From positions 83,948,001 through 84,012,000 of the forward strand of contig NC_092351.1 of assembly GCF_963676685.1 (NCBI RefSeq): a stretch of 64,000 bases of DNA. The letters run 5' to 3'. The position numbers and the translations under genes are program-made. This document shows, one piece after another, positions 61,591-64,000 of the stretch. The stretch is from Mytilus edulis (Eukaryota). The number at the start of each line of letters is the position of its first letter. The stretch's first letter is position 1. The notes under the pieces were generated by a model. It worked only from the letters and a program-made list of their open reading frames with translations. It was not told where the DNA came from and did not search any database.

Positions 61591-63712
61591 ACATATACAG
61601 CAACAAACGTCAACCATTAAATTACAATATGATAAGAAAAAATGTCCAAAGAAATGCATGTCATCTTCAATCCTTGAAAATTGGAATTCACGAAAATAAA
61701 AGAAATGACAGATAAACAACCTTACGAAAAAGGTCATTGTAAAACTTATACTTATAAGGAACAATTCATGCTTTATTTGGCAATGTACCATTCTCTTGAA
61801 ATATCGATCCAACTTTTTCTTGTAGATAAAATTCTCAACTCGAACCTGAACATGCACAATATATTTACCAGTGTACATTAAGGTAAATAGCTGACACAAA
61901 TAGGTTGAACGAGTGGTTATTACCTTAATAACCACTCTTTCAACCTCATTTTGTGACCTATATAGTATTTTACTTAGAAATGATTAAGTAACTATGATGC
62001 ACACAACTAATTGAGCCAATTAATCAAAGATTAAGGTAGTTTTTATTTTATTGTTTCTTTTGATCATAGAGCTCTTTTGTTTACTACCATAATAAAAATA
62101 CGTCTATTTACAAACGACAATTGACGATATGCAAAATGCCAATTTAAAAAAAAATTTAATAGGTCACTACACCTTTGAATTGGAAGTCACTGTGTCATCA
62201 AATATATAAAAAATTGATTGAATAAAAACCCATTTAAATAACCCACTATATATAATAAAAGTTCATGATAGATTTGATATGATTTAAAGATGACCCAATA
62301 CGTTCAATGCCATATCTTCTATGTAAGGCTACAGAGATTTCGACCACTTAACGTAATGATAGCATATCCGCTTAAAATATCTGGATAGCCTAACATGTTA
62401 ATGATATAGAGAATAAAAAAAGGTTATAAATAATGGTTATTAAGGTAGCAAATACACAGATTTTTTTATCCCAATTCCCCAGTTTTTAAATGCCGTAACT
62501 TTCTTTATTATGCTTGAAAATTTATAAAAAAAGGTATTTATGGATAGCTAACATATTACTCGTTCAAATTAACTGCAAAAGAGTGTATCAAACATTATCT
62601 ACTTTCATGTGGTAAGGATGTTTACACTAATTACAGATTAATGAGAGAATTGAATACGATAGCGATAATTTGAGACACTCTTTTGCAGCTCCTGCTGTAT
62701 TTAAAAAGATTTTGTTAAAATTTCCTTTATAGTTTAAGAAATAAAAGATCTTAATTCATTCAAGTGAACTGACCACGATTTTGCCATTAATTGCACAGTA
62801 AAGCTCATTATGTTTGGCTTTTAAAAAAAACTTTTAACTTGACATCGTTAATAAAAATCAATTTAACATTATATTGTATGCTTCTAAACGTATATTCCGT
62901 AAATACTGTTTACTAATCGGTACGTCACGAATAAAGTATAATTTTGATTATCTGCACTTTACCAGAAATTATGTCTGATAGTAAGTAATAAAACATGCCG
63001 ATTGACCATACATATCCTATACCAAATTGAATTAATAGTTTCAAATAGAAACGGAATAACAAATTGATTACACTTGACATACCTGCATTGTTAGAAATTT
63101 AGAATTATTTATTTGTTTTATTACAATATGGTTTTCCTTCGGCATTTGACACGCTTTCTGTTTGAGCATGTGCGTAATGTCTTTTGTAAAATGTATTAAA
63201 AAAAGCATGTATGTGTTTTCGTGCTTCCACCAACTTTACTTTTGGATAATAAAGACTAAATGAATAACTAAAAAATAAATAAAAATAACCCCCCAAAAAA
63301 ACCACAATCTTGGCTCAGGTATTGAGCAGCATTTACATTGTGAGAAGATGAGAAATAAATGTTGGATTGATTGGTGTTCAAATCGCACTTAGACACAAAA
63401 AGGTTTGCTTTGTAATTAACCACATATGAACTGTGCTTACGGTTTGCAAGAGCTAAATATTGAAATCAAAATGGTACTTTAAAAGAGATAGAATGGTCAC
63501 TGATGAAATGATACTACACTTTTTCATCAAATTTTACCCATCTCAAAAAAGACTCTTTTTTTCTGTCGAACTCTGCTACCGTTTTAGCATTAGCTTTTCT
63601 CTTCCTAATGATCAACTTCTTTTCCACTATGAAAACTATTTTGTCTGCAGTAGTTTTTTGGTTAGCCATTGAGTTTGGAATACTTTCAAAATGAATTAAA
63701 CTAATGACTTTT

Positions 63713-64000
63713 AAGAAAGATAAGAAGTTAGCAATATCCTTTAACTCTACTTTCCGCTATATAGATGACGTTCTTTCACTAAACAATTCAAAATTTGGTG
63801 ACTATGTGGAACGCATCTATCCCATCGAATTGGAGATAAAGGATACTACAGATACAGTTAAGTCAGCTTCATATCTTGACTTACATCTAGAAATTGACAA
63901 TGAGGGTCGGTTGAAGACAAAACTTTACGACAAAAGAGATGATTTCAGCTTTCCAATTGTGAACTTTCCATTTCTAAGTAGCAACATTCCAGCAGCACCT
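63713..64000 (+). mobile_element. Penelope-like retroelement RT fragment (open, continues past window)
   Basis: KKDKKLAISFNSTFRYIDDVLSLNN...IYPIELEIKDTT...ASYLDLHL...KLYDKRDDFSFPIVNFPFLSSNIPAAP with intact catalytic YIDD. 5'-truncated at about 63713. Confidence 0.9.

Overview
AT-rich, intron-containing animal genomic DNA. The repeat families and an expanded-type TRIM gene point to a bivalve mollusc, probably Mytilus-like (inference). Five protein-coding loci can be reconstructed from splice sites and translation. (1) PCF11 exons 1-2 on the minus strand, separated by a 10.3-kb intron 1 and running off the window start. (2) A complete four-coding-exon RAB30 on the plus strand, head-to-head with PCF11. 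(3) A single-coding-exon RING/B-box/B-box/coiled-coil/beta-propeller TRIM gene on the minus strand. (4) The last two coding exons of a Goliath/RNF150-type RING-H2 ligase on the minus strand; its upstream exons were not found. (5) A two-exon secreted cyclase-family (KynB/isatin hydrolase-like) metallohydrolase on the plus strand. The rest is dense with non-autonomous DNA transposons (several with clear TIRs and TSDs, some nested), Helentron-associated HINE-like elements, Penelope-like (Naiad-type) retroelement fragments, one decayed LINE, minisatellites, a ~100-bp 28S rRNA fragment and a 100-N assembly gap. No CRISPR or prokaryotic system is present, and most short ORFs in the supplied track are spurious.
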